Positions 11,605 through 23,800 of a stretch of 64,000 nucleotides of DNA are shown here, one piece after another; within the stretch, counting starts at the first letter, position 1, and each line of letters starts with the position of its first letter. The DNA is taken from contig NC_043000.1 in NCBI RefSeq assembly GCF_006345805.1, positions 4,154,001-4,218,000 of the forward strand, read 5' to 3'. Source of the DNA: Octopus sinensis (taxonomy: Eukaryota). A program made the translations under genes and the position numbers. The notes beneath the pieces were generated by a model. The model had not been told where the DNA came from, made no database searches, and saw only the letters and a list, made by a program, of their open reading frames with translations.

Positions 11605-12474
11605 GAACACAGAAAGAAACAAGGAGAGAAAATAAAGAATGTGTGTAGTGGCTAGGGATCTATCATATATATGACAGGCTCCTTTCAGTTTCCGTCTACC
11701 AAACCCACTCACAAGGCTTTAGTCAGCACAAGGCTATAGTAGAAGACACCCAAGGTGCCATGCAGTGGGGCTGAACCCAGAACCATGTGGTTGGGAAGCA
11801 AGCTTCTTATCACACCATTTTTACATTGACTATGCATGTGGCCGAGTGAGTAGTGAGTTGCACTCTTGATTGCAAGATTGTGGTTTCAATTCCCACACTG
11901 GGCAACATGTTGTGTTCTTGAGCTAATCACTTCATTTCACATTGCTCCAGTCCACTCAGCTGAAAGTGGGTAGCCCTGTGATGAACTGGCTTTCTGTTCA
12001 GCGGGAATGTTTGCCTGCCTACCTAACCAGTGGGATAAAAAGGCAAAGGTAAAGTTACCTTCTTGAGTCATACCGGCCCATAGGGGCCAGATACCCAGTT
12101 CCATAATATATATTTTCCCCACCTGGATGAAACACTCGTCCATTGCAGGATTATTCATTTTTCTCAGCTGGTTGAACTGGAGCAATATGAAATGAAGTGT
12201 CTTGCTCAAGGACCCGTGTTGCCCGGTCCAGGAATCAAAACCACAACACCCTAACCACTAAGCCATGCACCTCCACATACTAACCAGTGTGGTGACATCA
12301 TTCAAAAGCTATAACAATGTGAGGAAGCACATTGTGACCAGCAGTGTATAACAACATCCAATAGTCTTGTTCTTACAGTGATACAGTGATTTACTTCTAA
12401 GGTGAGAAAAATTGGCTGCAATATTCTGCTGTTATTTTTCTTGGTTTTCTGCTGGTCAGTTTGGGGCTATACTC

Positions 12475-12670
12475 TCTCTCTCTTTTACTTGTTTCAGTCA
12501 TTTGACTGTGGCCATGCTGGAGCACCACCTTTAGTCGAGCAAATCAACCCCAGGACTTATTCTTTGTAAGCCTAGTACTTACTCTATCGGTCTCTTTCAC
12601 TGAACCACTAAGTGATGGGGACATAAACACACCACCATCACAGACACACAAACATATACACACACGTACG

Positions 12671-12706
<36 letters not shown>

Positions 12707-12880
12707 CATATATATGATGGGCTTCTTTCAGTTTCCATCTACCAAATCCACTCACAAGGCTTTGGTTGGCCCAAGGCTATAGTAGAAGACACTTGCCCAA
12801 GGAGCCATGCAGTGGGACTGAACCTGGAACCATGTGGTTGGTAAGCAAGCTACTTACCACACAGCCACTCCTACACCTAT
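12475..12880 (-). mobile_element. SINE family A, full length
   Basis: Reverse complement of the 1102-1555 consensus. Further minus copies near 745, 8875, 11670, 14912-15275, 15660, 20375-20772, 26240, 40590, 41208, 41720, 44815-45210, 52445, 55838-56275 and 63410-63960. Confidence 0.9.
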
Positions 12881-12898
12881 TAAAGGATAGAAAGACAT

Positions 12899-13012
12899 TT
12901 ACAGCACCTAGGTTTTCCAAGCAGTCGCCCATCTAAGTACTAACTAGGTTCAACGTTGCTTAACTTCGGTGATCGGATGAGAACCGATGTTTTCAAAGTG
13001 ATATGGCCGTAG
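12899..13012 (-). pseudogene. 5S rRNA pseudogene, near full length
   Basis: The minus strand reads ctacggccatatcactttgaaaacatcggttctcatccgatcaccgaagttaagcaacg...gtacttagatgggcgactgcttggaaaacctaggtgctgt. Boxes A and C are recognisable, but the first nucleotides and the oligo-T terminator are absent. Confidence 0.9.
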
Positions 13013-13105
13013 AAGACACTTGCTGTAGCTGCCATGCAGTGGGACTGAACCTGAAACAACATGGTTTGGAAGTGAACGTCTTTAACTACACAGCTACACC
13101 TGCAC
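13013..13105 (-). mobile_element. SINE-A tRNA head fused directly upstream of the 5S copy
   Basis: gtgcaggtgtagctgtgtagttaaag...ggttcagtcccactgcatgg...aagtgtctt runs into ctacggcc. Confidence 0.8.
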
Positions 13106-13132
13106 AAAGCCTCACCTATACCATACTCATGA

Positions 13133-13134
<2 letters not shown>

Positions 13135-13173
<39 letters not shown>

Positions 13174-13176
13174 TGA

Positions 13177-13263
<87 letters not shown>
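13135..13263. repeat. (TG)n dinucleotide microsatellite
   Basis: Directly visible. Confidence 0.97.
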
Positions 13264-13265
<2 letters not shown>

Positions 13266-15474
13266 GCCACACACATGTAGACTGCAGAATCAAAGAACTG
13301 AATAAACATTTAACAAATTTGAGAGATGTCTTTTATATATTTTCAATTTACTTAGCTATTGCCATGAAAATCTCATAAAAAGAAATTTCATTTATCAAAG
13401 ACCTTCTGAATTCTCTACATTTTAATCAAGAAGCTTAGATGGATAGCTTTTACACAATCTTCAACTGTGAAAACACTTCCTCCCTTTACTTTACAAATGG
13501 TCTGTTCTAGACAATTTAATAACCAAATATTGAGACTCCAAGATATTTAGTAATATTGAAGGCATGCATCATGAATATTTATTTGTAAATACTAATCATA
13601 AAATAAATCAATACATTTTAGAATCATTTGAGTAAATATTACATTTACTGATATTAAATGTTGCATAAGAGATTTTTCAATTTTCTAGTTAAGTTTTACA
13701 GAAATTCTCTTGACAGTCACTAAAAACTCATAAATAAGTATTTTGTACCCAGGAATCTGAAAACTGGTTCAATGAACAAATAAGATCAGTGTACAAACTG
13801 TGAGAATTAAAAAAAACTTCTATTTCTGTATAAATAAATATTTAGCATTTTAGTTTTAAAATATATATTTTTCCATTCTATGTGGGTTGACTAGATCTGC
13901 TGAATAAAAGGGTAGATTCACTGTCGATATTTAGACTCAGCATTTTGCCTAGCATACTAACAATTCTGCCAGCTTGCCACCTTACTAATTAGAAATATTA
14001 ACCAAATCTCCCTCAGATCAAGCCCTGCAGTCTTTAGAAAGGAAGACCATATTAAATAATGTGAACTTCAATGCTTCCTGTTTGAAAAGACAATGAGACG
14101 GTCATTTTGGAACATCTTAGTCTTAGATCTGCTGTATCAGAGACTAACCATTAACACATCAATGACTCTAACTCCTCTCAGGTATTTAGTAAAATACTGT
14201 ATTTTATATATCAGAGTATCTTCAATTTAGATTAATGTATTCAATTTATCTGTAATGTTTTCGAAGATCCGTGAATGTGTTGTTAACAAAAGATTTAATA
14301 ACTTGAGGTGAATTAATGCTTTATAATACTTTACACATAAGCACATTAATAATACACTTGTATGAGTGTAATATTATACCAAAGGTGATATATCCAGCTT
14401 GTATCTTTACTTCTATATAATTTTGTAATAATAACATTCAGGTCCTGTCCTATTAGAAGCTTACATTCTTCTATTCATTTTCCAATTTGCAGACGTTGGT
14501 TGTTAACAAAAGGACCTCTGAACATTACACAATCTCATTTTCTTTTCCCTATAAATTTAAGGTGTGACAGCAGCTCTGCTATAAATGAATTATTATATCA
14601 TAAAATGATGAATTGGTATTTCTTTGTCAGTATATATCATATTCGTCTTCAGTTTGTTAAGGAATGAGTTGTGCCCATAGGTTTGTCATGTTTAGTATTG
14701 TTATTAGCAAGTAAGAGGTTTCGGCTTTATTTTCATTTTTATTGATGGGAAGTTGGGAGATTGGATAACAGTTGTCATCTGTTTTATACTTTTATGTCAC
14801 TTTTGTTTCTACTTTTCTGAGTTAGTATGTATTTGATTTATTATTATCGACAGAGAGCTGGCAGAATTGTTAGCACACTGGACAAAATGTTCCATGGCAT
14901 TTCATCCATCTCTTTTACTCTTTTACTTGTTTCAGTCATTTGACTGCGGCCATGCTGGAGCACCGCCTTTAGTCGAGTGAGCAAATCGACCCCAGGACTT
15001 ATTCTTTGTAAGCCTAGTACTTATTCTATCGGTCTCTTTTGCCGAATCGCTAAGTGACAGGGACATAAACACACCACCATCTGTTGTCAAGCGATGTTGG
15101 GGGGACAAACACAGACACACAAACACACACACACAGACGCACATATATATATATACATATATACGATGGGCTTCTTTCAGTTTCTGTCTACCAAATCCAC
15201 TCACAAGGCTTTGGTCAGCTTGAGGCTATAGTAGAAGACACTTGCCCAAGGTGCCATGCAGTGGGACTGAATCCAGCTAACTCTGAGTTCGAATTCCACT
15301 GAGCTTGATTTGCCTTCCATCCTTTTGGGGTCGATAACATAAGTACCAGTTGAGCACTGGGGTTGATGTAATCGGTTTATCCACTTACCTGAAATTGCTG
15401 GCCTTGTGCCAAAATTTGAAACCTTTGTTATTGGTGGAGAGCTGGCAAAGTTGTCCACCTGTTGATGTTGAGTC

Positions 15475-15610
15475 TCTTAAGATGCTCGACATTTTGAGAT
15501 CAGTCTTCACCACTTTGTCCCATATCTTGTTACATCTGCCTCTTCTACATGTTTGTTCCTCCCATATGTAGTGGCCAGCACTTCTTTATATATCTGTCCT
15601 CATCCATCCA
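15475..15610 (-). mobile_element. RTE LINE 3' end fragment
   Basis: The minus frame resembles the RTE C-terminus (CRRG...WDKVVKTDLKMSSI). Confidence 0.55.
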
Positions 15611-16459
15611 TATAATATATATATAAAGTAGGCTCCCAAACAGTTTCTTTCTATCAGATTCACTCAAACAGTATTCATTAATCTGGAGTTATGGTAGAAG
15701 ATACTTGCCCAAGGTGCTGTGCAGTGGTACTGAACCCAAAACCACATGGTTGCAAAGTGAACTTCTTAACCACACAGCCATGCCTGCAGCCTTATAAAAT
15801 ATATTTAAATACAAAATATATTTTCATCAGGAATGAAATACCAACTGATTTGCAGATTAAGATAAACTGCAAAGAATACTATTAAATCCAAAATGAAAAT
15901 ATGGACACTGGACATAAATTTTTCCACAGCCATTTGCTTGAGGAAATCAGAAGGACAAGCTGGGGACGTGAAGACAATAAATATTCTTGTCTATAGAATA
16001 TTCACAAGTTGTTAACTTTATTCCAATGATGGAATTTATCTATAGCTACTTCATCACTCTCTCTGGCGCCAACACACAAAGACTTGTGAAAAATGCTGAA
16101 ATTAAATAATCAGAAGGCATTAAGCTTTATGGCAAATTCAATATTGATTTTAGTTCCAGGAACAAGAAGATGGAGATTGTTCTGTTGTTCAAGAATTTCT
16201 CTTAAGTAGGAAAGAAATTATCAAATAGAAAAGGTTCAGGAAAAAAAAGTGTGATGAATGAAAAAATACTTACTCTATGAATGGAGGAAGGAATTTGTCT
16301 TAAATTCTGGCTCTTTCTATTTTAGATGAGAACATTAAACAATTAACAAAATTATAAATATACTGAGCATAAGTTGTTCGATTAAGAAATTCTTTTCCTT
16401 ACTATGACGTTTCAAGTTCAAGCCCACTGTATAGCACTAAAGGAAACTGAATAAAGCAT

Positions 16460-16494
<35 letters not shown>

Positions 16495-16565
16495 AATTTG
16501 AGGGAATATTATTCTTAACTTACAGGAAAAAATTCAATTTAGAAATACTAAATCAAATTTCACAA

Positions 16566-16608
<43 letters not shown>

Positions 16609-16616
16609 ATATATAT

Positions 16617-16906
16617 AAATTAGAAAAAAACACCTTTTATCAATTCAAAATGAACAATTAAATTACACCATCTAGAAAATTACTTATAATAGAAACATTA
16701 AATATAAAATAACAATAATATACCGATGATTAAGTAATGTGCAAAATAATAAATAAACATATATTTGTATTTATTATTTTGCACATTATTTAATCATCAG
16801 TATATTATTGTTATTTTATATTTAATGTTTCTATTATATGTAATTTTCTAGATGGTGTAATTTAATTGTTCATTTTGAATTGATAAAAGGATTTTTTTTC
16901 TAATTT
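16617..16906. repeat. Near-perfect AT-rich foldback, ~140-bp arms
   Basis: aaattagaaaaaaacaccttttatcaattc... mirrors ...gaattgataaaaggattttttttctaattt, with a loop of about 10 nt near 16760. Confidence 0.9.
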
Positions 16907-16921
16907 ATATATATATATATA

Positions 16922-18571
16922 TAAAGGTGGTGGAACAATGTAGTTGACCGGGCCATAAAGGAAAAGAAACAGGCATGGAAGGACTGGAAGAACAGTGGTA
17001 GCAGGGAATTGTATCAGATTGCCAGAAGGGAAGCCAGGAGACAGATTTACTTAGCCAGAGAGGAAGCAGATAAGAAAAAATTTGCCAATGTTCTGTGTAG
17101 TGAGGACCAAAGACTTGAAGTGATTTGTGTTGCAAAACGGTGTGTGAGAGAGAATCGTGATGTCATAGGAGAGAAATGTGTTTGCATGGATGATGGCTCA
17201 CTTGCATTTAATGAGGCTGCAAGGAGAGAGACTTAGAGATGCCACTATGAAAGGTTGTTAAATGAAGAGAATGAATGGGAGAATGAGAGTCTGCCATATG
17301 TCAATCCAACAGAGACCAGCTATCCAAATTGACAGTACCTTGGTAGATAAAGCAATTAAGGGTATGAAGACAGGGAAAGTCCCTGGCCCATCAGGAATCA
17401 CGGCAGAGATGCTTAAAATATCTGGCAGTGTTGGCTATAGCCTAGTCACCCGTATAGTCAATCAGATGATACATGAAGGAGTCATACCGAATGACTGGTG
17501 TAGTAGCACCACAGTCAACTGCTACAAAGGTAAAGGTGATGCATTAGATATGAATACTTACAGAGGTATGAAGTTGCTGAATAAGGTAATGAAAGTCACA
17601 GAGAGGGTCATAGCCCAACTAATTATGGATAGAGTCAGTCTAGATGAGATGCAGTTTGGGTTTGTACCAGGGAAAATCACCACTGATGCTATATTTCTAG
17701 TAAGACAGCTGCATGGGAAATATTTAGCCAAAGATAAACCTCTGTACCTGGCTTTCATTGACATGGAGAAAGCCTTTGACAGGGGCCACCGATCCCTTAT
17801 CTGGTGGTCAATGCAGAAAGTAGGGATAGATGAGTGGTTAGTGAGAGCTGTACAAGCCATGTACAAGGATGCTGTCAGTAAGGTGAAGGTTGGCAACCCT
17901 TCAGGTAGATGGCCCTTCTCAATCTGTAGAAAAGGCGTATGTAGAAACTCCATAAGATGTACTCAGTGTAAGCTATGGACACATAAGAAGTGCAGCAATA
18001 TCAAAAGAAGGCTAACTGGGAAGATAGTTTATGTATGTGGCAAATGCTCAGGTGCTATAAACACAGAAAATGTGCAGAGAACAGCTTCTGTCACATTCCA
18101 GGGAGAAAAACTAGAAATAGTTGATAGCTTCTGTTACCTAGGGGACCAAGTCAGTAGCAGGGGTGGATGCTCTGAGAGTGTAGCTGCTAGAATAAGAATA
18201 GCCTGGGCAAAGTTCAGAGAGCTCCTGCCTCTGTTGGTGACAAAGGGTCTCTCGCTCAGAGTAAAAGGTAGCCTGTATGGTGCATGTGTGTGAACAGCTA
18301 TGCTACATTGCAGTGAAACATGGGCCATGACTGCTGAGGACACGTGTAAGCTTGCAAGGAATGAAGCTAGTATGCTCCGCTGGATGTGTAATATCAGTGT
18401 GCATATACAACAGAGTGTAAGCACCATGAGAGAAAAGTTGGACATAAGAAGCATCAGATGTGGTGTGCAAGAGAGAGAACTGTACTGGTATGTTCATGTG
18501 TTGCATATGGATGGGGACAGCTGTGTGAAAAAGTGTCACACACTAGCAGCAGAGGGAACCTGTGGAAGAAG
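16922..18571 (+). mobile_element. RTE-clade LINE, truncated at both ends and internally deleted (RT pseudogene with PHD-like finger)
   Basis: ORF 17262-18293 has KxPGPSGITAEML, YKGKGD, QFGFVPG, TTDAIF and AFIDMEKAFD, then jumps at ~17897 to a Cys/His finger, then VDSFCYLG and AWAKFREL. The next frame gives HCSETW. The QG..SP and YADD motifs are missing, and stops and frameshifts are present. Confidence 0.93.
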
Positions 18572-18926
18572 TTGACCCAGGAAGTGCATATTCAGGAAAA
18601 AAAAAATTTTAGTGCATTAAAACTTGCAAGAGGTCTAACTTTCCATATAGGACCTGGTGTGACATTTTGAAACATTTTGTTTTGATAAAAAGCATGTTTT
18701 ATACACCAATAAAGCAATTCTACTGTGAAGGAAAGGAAGAGAAATCAACATTTTAAATAGTTGTATATCATCAAAAGAGAAAAGAGAAAGGTAGAAGTAA
18801 AGAGTTGGTAGGAAAAAGAAGCAATTTTGAATCAGAGATGAACATGATAGACTAGAAGATAGGAAATGAGTAGAGTAGAGTTGAGTTGGTGTTGTTCTCC
18901 AGCAGAGAAGAGTGTGTGTGCATTAA

Positions 18927-19149
18927 CCATTTCACATTTAAACTGATCATATCTGGCTCAAATATTCTGCCTGTTTTATTTTAAAACTGGCCAGATCCAG
19001 CCACTCACACCTGCCCTACATGGACACTCTGAAACTAGCAACCGTAGAAATCATTGAAAACACAAAGCTACAACATAATGCATGATATATTCAAAATTAT
19101 GTAACTAAATAAGCATTGCCTTTGACCAAGTCATCTGAATGTAAAAAGG
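18927..19149. mobile_element. piggyBac-like MITE, degenerate
   Basis: TTAA-ccattt...aaaagg-TTAA ends. Related partial copies near 54400-54540 and 47050-47100. Confidence 0.55.
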
Positions 19150-19394
19150 TTAAGGAAAACGTGATAAGCAAAAGCAAATGTTTTGAAGTATGAGTGAAAA
19201 AGTTTATGTATGTGTGTTGAGTGCCATGTCGTTTGCTTAGACTGTCTCCCAGAGCTTTACTTTCTAAAATAAAGATGTAAAAAAATTGGAGTGGAGGAGA
19301 GGGACATAAAATGGCATAAAATAAAGAGTAAAATGAAGGTAAAGGAAGAAAGGAACCAAGAAACATAATCTATCTTCTGTCTTTTATTTGCTTA

Positions 19395-19813
19395 TGTAAC
19401 AGGATCTGGAATCGGTATCACTGGAGGGGTGTCCGATCCGATCCGATCCCGTCACATCCAATTTAGTTAAATATAACAGACGAAATCAGGTTATCTGGGA
19501 AAGACAGCAAATGTTTTATTACTCGTGATGGTGTTGATCTGGTGTGCCTATTTCTGAGGGGAACCGACAGCCGTATCTGTTGTACTGCTTCTTGTTGGCT
19601 GGTCGAAGTGATTCAATGTGGTCTGCTGCTAAGTCGGTGCGTAGTCCTCAGAGACTGCCAATACACGTCTGTTCACGAAGGCTGCAAGGGCCAGAGAGGC
19701 TGAGTGAGTGGACGGTGTTTTAGGGGTCCGTTTCCCCGCACATGCGCATGGGGAAGACTTCCGGTGGCCACTCGGAAGTAATCCCATTCTGCGCATGTGC
19801 ACTGAACCTTACA
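19395..19813 (-). mobile_element. Probable solo LTR (Gypsy-like termini)
   Basis: A 419-bp GC-richer island with TGTAAG...GTTACA ends on the minus strand and AATAAA on the minus strand at ~19516. No TSD is discernible. Confidence 0.55.
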
Positions 19814-21171
19814 CAGCAGCATCACTACTCTTCAGTTATTGAATTATGGCCATGTTTGGGTGCCAGCTTGAAGTGTTTGGTTGAACAAATTGATACCAGT
19901 GCTTATTCACTTTTAAATCTGATACTTATTCTATTGGTCCCTTTTTTGCTCAATAAACACTCACAACACCCGGTCTGGGAATCGAAACCAAGATCCTGCG
20001 ACCGCGAATCAACTGCCCTAACCACTAGGCCATTGCGCCTCCACACAGCCACTCCTGCACCTGGGTTTCCAAACAGTTTCTGTCTACCAAATTTGCTCAC
20101 AAGACCTTGGTCACCTAGCACTAGAGCAGAAGACACATGCCCAAGGTGCTACAGAGAAAGACAGAACCAGGAACCAAGTTATTACAAAGCAAGCTCCTTA
20201 TCCCCATAGATATGCTGCACCTCTGAAAATCAAATAAATATCAAACAAAATATATAATAATAATAATAATAATGAAATTATTGTATACAATGCTCAGGTG
20301 CATCACAACTTGTCAGAAAGTGCATATAAAGTACATGCAGTAACGTAGAAATGTCTGGAAAGCGAACAATGTATACTCTTTTACTCTTTTACTTGTTTCA
20401 GTCATTTGACTGTGGCCATGCTGGAGCACCGCCTTTAGTCGAGCAAATCAACTCCAGGACTTATTATTTGTATGCCTAGTACTTATTCTATCAGCCTCTT
20501 TTGCCGAACCGCTAAGTTACGGGGACATAAACACACCAGCATCGGTTGTCAAGCAATGTTGGAGGAACAAACAAAGACACACAAACATATACACACACGC
20601 ACATATATATATATATATACATATACATATATGTGTCTACCAAATCCACTCACAAGGCTTTGGTCGGGCCAAGGCTATAGTTCAAGACACTTGCATAAGG
20701 TGCCACTCAGTGGGACTGAACCCGAACCATGTGGTTCGTAAGCTACTTACCACACAGCCACTCCTACACCTATACATACTTCTATATACACACTCTAAAT
20801 TTTTAACTGGATCCAGTTAGTTGGCTATGGCCATGCTAGGGAACTGGTAATATAAATATTAATATAATGATGTAAATTTTTAAAAAATTAAGTTGAAAAA
20901 TTAACAAAAATATAAACCATAATAATGAGAGAAATTATATTTGCAAAGATAAAAGATATTGGAAAGATTCCTTTCACAGAGGGGAGCAGCTGTGTAACCT
21001 ATAAAGTGAATTAAATCTCAATTTATGGCTCTATTGTTGTGAATTAGCTTTGTTCTTATGATCAAAGAAGTTCCAGCTATGCTGATCATATATATATATA
21101 CAAATACATATACATATATGTATGTATATGTGTGTATGAGTATATATGTATATACACAGACAAACACACAC

Positions 21172-21278
<107 letters not shown>

Positions 21279-21759
21279 CTATATGTATATATGTGTATGC
21301 ATGCATGTATGTATGTATGTATGTATGTGTGTATATATATATATATATATGTATATTTCAAGATATAGTTTATCTCACTTAGTCTTCATTATCGTTAATG
21401 GGCATTGTTTTTGAAGAACATAAGGAGAGATTTGAGGGAGATTTGATTGATATTTCTATTAGGTTGAATGAACACATAAAGCATCCCTTCTTTGTAACTA
21501 TAGTCGTTGTTGTTGTTGTCATTGTTTAACCCAAGGATAGCCATGATCAAACCAATCAGTGATTAAAGACATTTCAGCTATGACCATCTCATCTTTTTTT
21601 CTATATGCAAGGAATCCAAGGCCGTATTATCCAATGTATTCTCTTCTAAGATTGTGGGGTGGGATTTTAAAGAAGATTTGACTGCCATTTCTAGCATGTC
21701 AGGGGCTCTTTTGTTGGCTCATTGTAATTATGGTGGTTAGCATAGATTGATAAAGTAAA

Positions 21760-22025
21760 GTAAAGGTAAAGGTTACCTTCTCAAGTCATACTGACTCATA
21801 AGGGTTGGTTTTCTGGTTTTCATGATGTATAAATTCCCCACCTGGATAGGATGCCAGTCTGTCAGAGGATTGCTCATTTTCGCCAGCTGCTGAGTGGACT
21901 GGAGCAATGTGAAATGAAGTGTTTTGTTCAAGAACACAATGCGTTGCCCAGTCCAGGAATGGAAACCGCAATCTTACGATCATGAGTCCAACATCCTAAC
22001 CACTAAGCTACATGACTCCACACTC
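21760..22025 (-). mobile_element. tRNA-derived SINE family E
   Basis: The minus strand starts tggagtcatgtagcttagtggttagg...gtttccattcctggactgggc. Related copies at 11835-12010 (+), 12040-12280 (-), 23810-24140 (+) and 31980-32200 (+). Confidence 0.75.
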
Positions 22026-23289
22026 CAACATTGCTCTGAAACTGAATTCCCATGACAGCTACCCTGGCTCAAAGTCTCTCCTTCTCTTTCCTTGAAGTTC
22101 CTCTTGCTGTCTCTACTGCTCCACAAATTCTTCCAATCATCACCAGGTAATCAATTGTCTCACTTTCTGCATCTAAAACATTTATGCCATATCACTTTTC
22201 TCTCTAATCTGTGTCTGTTAGTATTCATGTTATTCTTATCCTTTATTTCTGATAGACTGATATTACAACAATGCTTGACATTTTTCTGAGCTCCAAATCC
22301 ATTCAATATCCAGACATCGCTATATCTGCACACATCAAATTGTATGATTGTTCGTATAATCAAGATAACACACATCACATCTTCCTTGCCACTCACCGGT
22401 CCAATGCTAGAATTCTTTGTATTTCAAATTTGTTAACAAATTGAAGCTTCCTATGCAAACCCTATTTTGTCTTCTCATTAATGGAGGGAGGGCAAAAAAA
22501 ATTAATAATATTTCTTTTTCAAGAGGATTTATCACACTTCCATGTATATGATACCCTTCTTCATTCCTCCCTCACTTTCCACACTGAGATATCATCCACA
22601 AGCACGTATTGTCTTAAATGTTCTCATAAAAACACATCCATCCAAGGCTGCCTTTTAACCTATGATACAGAACCAACAATTTTAAAGTTTGCCTATTGAA
22701 ATTAATATGTGGATGATGATGATTATAATTTAAAGTCAGAACTTTTTGTTAAGCTATGTTCCAAATACCAGCTTAATAATGAAAAAGTATTTCTTTAGAA
22801 ATATGGTAATGAAAGGGTTAATGAACAGAGACTCTGAGAGCATCTTTCAAGGAAAACATGACAATCTGGTCCAGAGGTGAGGAATCTGCAGCCTTATGGC
22901 TATATTCAGTCTTCTGAAAGAAGTGCAATGATTGAAGGAAAATCACATACTGTAATATAGTTTTGTTGATTTATTTTAATTAAAGCCCAGTTTTTCAATT
23001 AGTTAAAAATTTTAGAATCTCTAATTTATATTTTTTTCATGTTCAATTGTAATTACTTGTGTAAAGCAATTACAATTGTATTTTAAAACAAAAACTTGGA
23101 GAAATTTTTGAAGAAATGAGAAAAGTTACTTCAAGGGCATTTATTCCCAAACTCCTGCATTTTTATATTTTCTTGTTTTTTTTTTCTTTTTGTGTTATAA
23201 AATAAAAGATTTAGTAATATAATTTTTTTCTTTTTTGTAAATGCAGCCTTGTCAGAAGGCAGTTAACTTCACTACAGCGTTCCAGCATA

Positions 23290-23800
23290 GAGTAAATACA
23301 CTACCTTCGATAGCACAAAATCTCAGTCACTACACTTGTCGAGGAAACAAACATACCATAAATCTTCTTTAATCATGAAGACAGACAACTAAAACACTCA
23401 AAGTTCCAAGGAATACTGGGCCTTACTTACCATCTATGAGGATCTGAGAGTAACCTCTAATGTATAACATGACTGTAACTGCATCCATAGTAGGGGACTT
23501 CATTTTAGATTCCAAATATAGTTTAGCTCTAAATAATTGCAGACCTTCTATAAGGCATGATAAGACCAACATTGGAACACTGTTCATGCATATGAGACAG
23601 TGTTGCTGCTACACATAGAAGGCCATTTAGACCCCATCTCAAAGTTCATTTGGCCACATGACAAAAATTCATTCACACCACACTACTACCGACACTCCAC
23701 CATGACTAACTCACGAATGTGTGGCTTCTTTGATCTACCTCTTCTGCCAGTACTAGAAAGGCCTGTGTTTCTATTGATTTATAAGCTATGTATCCTCTTC
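23290..23800 (+). mobile_element. Degenerate CR1/L2-like LINE RT C-terminal fragment
   Basis: ILGLTY and FYKA.IRPTLEHCSCI*D resemble the CR1 LYKxxIRPxLEYCSxxW motif. Similar decayed pieces at 8460-8640 (-), 45520-45900 and 47440-47660. Confidence 0.6.
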
